This document shows, one piece after another, positions 30,027-32,000 of a stretch of 32,000 bases of DNA; the stretch's first letter is position 1, and every line of letters starts with the position of its first letter. The notes beneath the pieces were generated by a model. That model was given only the letters and a program-made list of their open reading frames with translations, did not search any database and was not told the origin of the DNA. The DNA lies in the NCBI GenBank assembly GCA_951812855.1, contig OX638337.1:1200001-1232000 (forward strand), written 5' to 3'. The position numbers and the translations under genes are program-made. This DNA comes from an uncultured Lentisphaeria bacterium. GTDB taxonomy: Bacteria > Verrucomicrobiota > Lentisphaeria > JABSQK01 > JAJFLO01.

Positions 30027-31796
30027 ATGAATGCAAAAGAGCTGAGACAAAAATATTTGGGTTTCTTTAAAAAATATAATCATAAAGAAATAAAAAGTGC
30101 ACCGCTGATACCGGATAATGATCCAACTGTATTATTTATTACAGCCGGTATGCATCCTCTTGTTCCCTATTTACTGGGACAGAAACATCCTCTGGGAAAG
30201 CGCCTTGTAAATTATCAAAAGTGTATTCGCACCGGTGATATTGATGAGGTTGGTGATGATGTTCATCTGACATTTTTCGAAATGTTGGGTAACTGGTCTT
30301 TAGGTGATTATTTTAAGACTGACGCAATTGAGTACAGTTTTGAATTTTTAACGTCATCGGATTATTTAAATATTTCCCTGGAACAATTAGCATTCACCGT
30401 ATTCGCCGGTGATTCCGACGCCCCGTTTGATGAAGAATCTTATAATAAATGGGTGTCATTGGGAGTCTCACCCGACCGAATCGCTAAATTGGGAAAGAGT
30501 GACAATTGGTGGGGACCTCCTGGAAAAACCGGACCATGCGGTCCGGATACAGAAATTTTTTATTGGAGTGGTACTGAACCTCCCCCTGAAAAATTTGAGC
30601 CGGAAGATAAACGATGGGTTGAAATATGGAATGACGTATTCATGCAGTATAACAAAACATTAACCGGTGAATTTGAGCCGCTTTCTAAACCAAATGTTGA
30701 TACCGGGATGGGCGTTGAAAGAGTAACCGCAGTTTTACAGGGAAAATCAAGTGTTTATGATACAGAATTATTTCAGCCGTTGTTTGCGAAATTAAGTCAA
30801 ATCTCAGATTGCGAAAATCCCGGAGATACACAAAGTGGCCGGATTATTGTTGAACATTTGCGTTCAAGTACATTTATTCTGGCCGATGGCATTTCTCCAT
30901 CCAGCGTTGACCAGGGATATGTTCTTCGTCGATTAATCAGACGTGCTGTTCGAGAGGGAAGACAATTGGGCATAAAAGAGAAATTTACATCAAAGATCGC
31001 TGAAGAAGTTATAACCGAATACTCCGATGTCTATCCTGAATTACAAACAAATAAAACGTTTATTTTAGATGAATTGGAATGCGAAGAAATACAATTTTCC
31101 AGAACGTTGGAAAAAGGTATTCATGAGTTCAATAAAGTGATTGAGTCGATACCGGCAAATCTTGAGCGAAAAGTTATCAGTGGGCGAAAAGCCTTTTATT
31201 TATACGATACATTCGGATTTCCAATTGAATTGACAATTGAATTGGCAAGAGAGAATGGCTTTGAGGTTGATGAAGCGAAGTTCAAAGCAGCCTTTGAAAA
31301 ACATCGGGAATTGTCACGAAAAGGTGCAGAAAGAAAGTTCAGAGGTGGACTCGCCGACAGATCAGAGGAGACAACAAGACTTCATACAGCAACACATCTG
31401 TTACATCAGGCATTAAGGCAGGTTTTGGGGAATCATGTTGCCCAGAAGGGATCGAATATAACAACCGAACGACTGCGATTCGATTTCTCTCATCCGGTAA
31501 AGCTGGCCGGAGACGAGATACAAGAGGTGGAAAAAATTGTTAACGAAAAGATTTCTGAAGACTTACAGGTTACAAAAGAAGAAATGACAGTAGAAGAAGC
31601 GAAATCTCAGGGGGCAATCGGATTATTCGAGGAGCGATACGGTGAAAGAGTCAGCGTTTATACAATTGGGAATTTTAGTAAAGAAATTTGTGGAGGACCT
31701 CATATTTCAAATACCCAAAAACTAGGCTCTTTTAAGATAAAAAAGGAAGAAAGTTCAAGCCGCGGAATAAGACGAATAAAAGCGGTGTTAAAATAA
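30027..31796 (+). CDS. alaS: Alanine--tRNA ligase, compact 589-aa form
   Basis: The class II AlaRS N-terminus is ELRQKYLGFFKKYNHKEIKSAPLIPDNDPTVLFITAGMHPLVPYLLG. The editing-core zinc motifs HTATHLLHQALRQVLG and ICGGPHISNT are present. The protein ends about 25 aa after CGGPH. Confidence 0.9.
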   Translation: MNAKELRQKYLGFFKKYNHKEIKSAPLIPDNDPTVLFITAGMHPLVPYLLGQKHPLGKRLVNYQKCIRTGDIDEVGDDVHLTFFEMLGNWSLGDYFKTDAIEYSFEFLTSSDYLNISLEQLAFTVFAGDSDAPFDEESYNKWVSLGVSPDRIAKLGKSDNWWGPPGKTGPCGPDTEIFYWSGTEPPPEKFEPEDKRWVEIWNDVFMQYNKTLTGEFEPLSKPNVDTGMGVERVTAVLQGKSSVYDTELFQPLFAKLSQISDCENPGDTQSGRIIVEHLRSSTFILADGISPSSVDQGYVLRRLIRRAVREGRQLGIKEKFTSKIAEEVITEYSDVYPELQTNKTFILDELECEEIQFSRTLEKGIHEFNKVIESIPANLERKVISGRKAFYLYDTFGFPIELTIELARENGFEVDEAKFKAAFEKHRELSRKGAERKFRGGLADRSEETTRLHTATHLLHQALRQVLGNHVAQKGSNITTERLRFDFSHPVKLAGDEIQEVEKIVNEKISEDLQVTKEEMTVEEAKSQGAIGLFEERYGERVSVYTIGNFSKEICGGPHISNTQKLGSFKIKKEESSSRGIRRIKAVLK

Positions 31797-31838
31797 ATTT
31801 TACTGTAGTAAAACGATTAAATATATGGAGAATTCAGT

Positions 31839-32000
31839 ATGTCTTTAACACCATCAAATATGATGCCGCTGGGAACACGGGCACCCGACTTTCAGCTGAT
31901 AGATACAGTGTCAAATAAGGAATTAAGTCTAAATTCACTTAAATCAGACGTCGCAACAGTAATTATGTTTATATGTAATCATTGTCCCTATGTAATTCAT
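31839..32000 (+). CDS. Thioredoxin-fold (redoxin/AhpC-TSA-like) protein, 5' part only; it runs off the window
   Basis: My translation is MSLTPSNMMPLGTRAPDFQLIDTVSNKELSLNSLKSDVATVIMFICNHCPYVIH, with GGAG 8 nt upstream. The APDF...CxxC (CNHC) arrangement is typical of thioredoxin-fold oxidoreductases. Confidence 0.7.
   Translation, partial: MSLTPSNMMPLGTRAPDFQLIDTVSNKELSLNSLKSDVATVIMFICNHCPYVIH

Overview
AT-rich bacterial chromosomal segment made up almost entirely of housekeeping genes; the phylum cannot be assigned from sequence alone. Plus-strand genes: a class I/II aminotransferase, tRNA-Gln(UUG), thiI, a DinG-family helicase, two tandem hsp20 genes, a YugP-type zinc peptidase, a ppnP-like gene, an HTH-PTS-EIIA fusion, infA, queD-queE, hpt, cdaA-cdaR, dnaN-recF-alaS and the start of a thioredoxin-fold gene. 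Minus-strand genes: a family-4 UDG-like gene, a 4HBT thioesterase, cmk, gyrA, gyrB, pyrC, one hypothetical gene, a NifS/IscS-type cysteine desulfurase, pilC/gspF and pilT. I found no CRISPR array, intact mobile element, defence island or biosynthetic cluster, and no discrete novel multi-gene system I can support. The most notable signal is a scatter of decayed or truncated loci between intact essential genes: an orphan flagellin C-terminal mini-ORF that keeps a Shine-Dalgarno (SD) site and a terminator; an SF1 helicase fragment beside the tRNA; an internally deleted IS4-type transposase; a ppnP with an in-frame deletion; out-of-frame beta-propeller fragments; and a pilC whose canonical N-terminus sits out of frame behind the best SD, next to an A5GA7 tract. 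Three intact genes have unusual architecture: a 589-aa AlaRS lacking C-Ala and the editing-domain beta-barrel, a QueE with Cx3Cx6C cysteine spacing, and a UDG-like protein with non-canonical catalytic motifs. All homology statements rest on motif recognition by eye; no database search was run.
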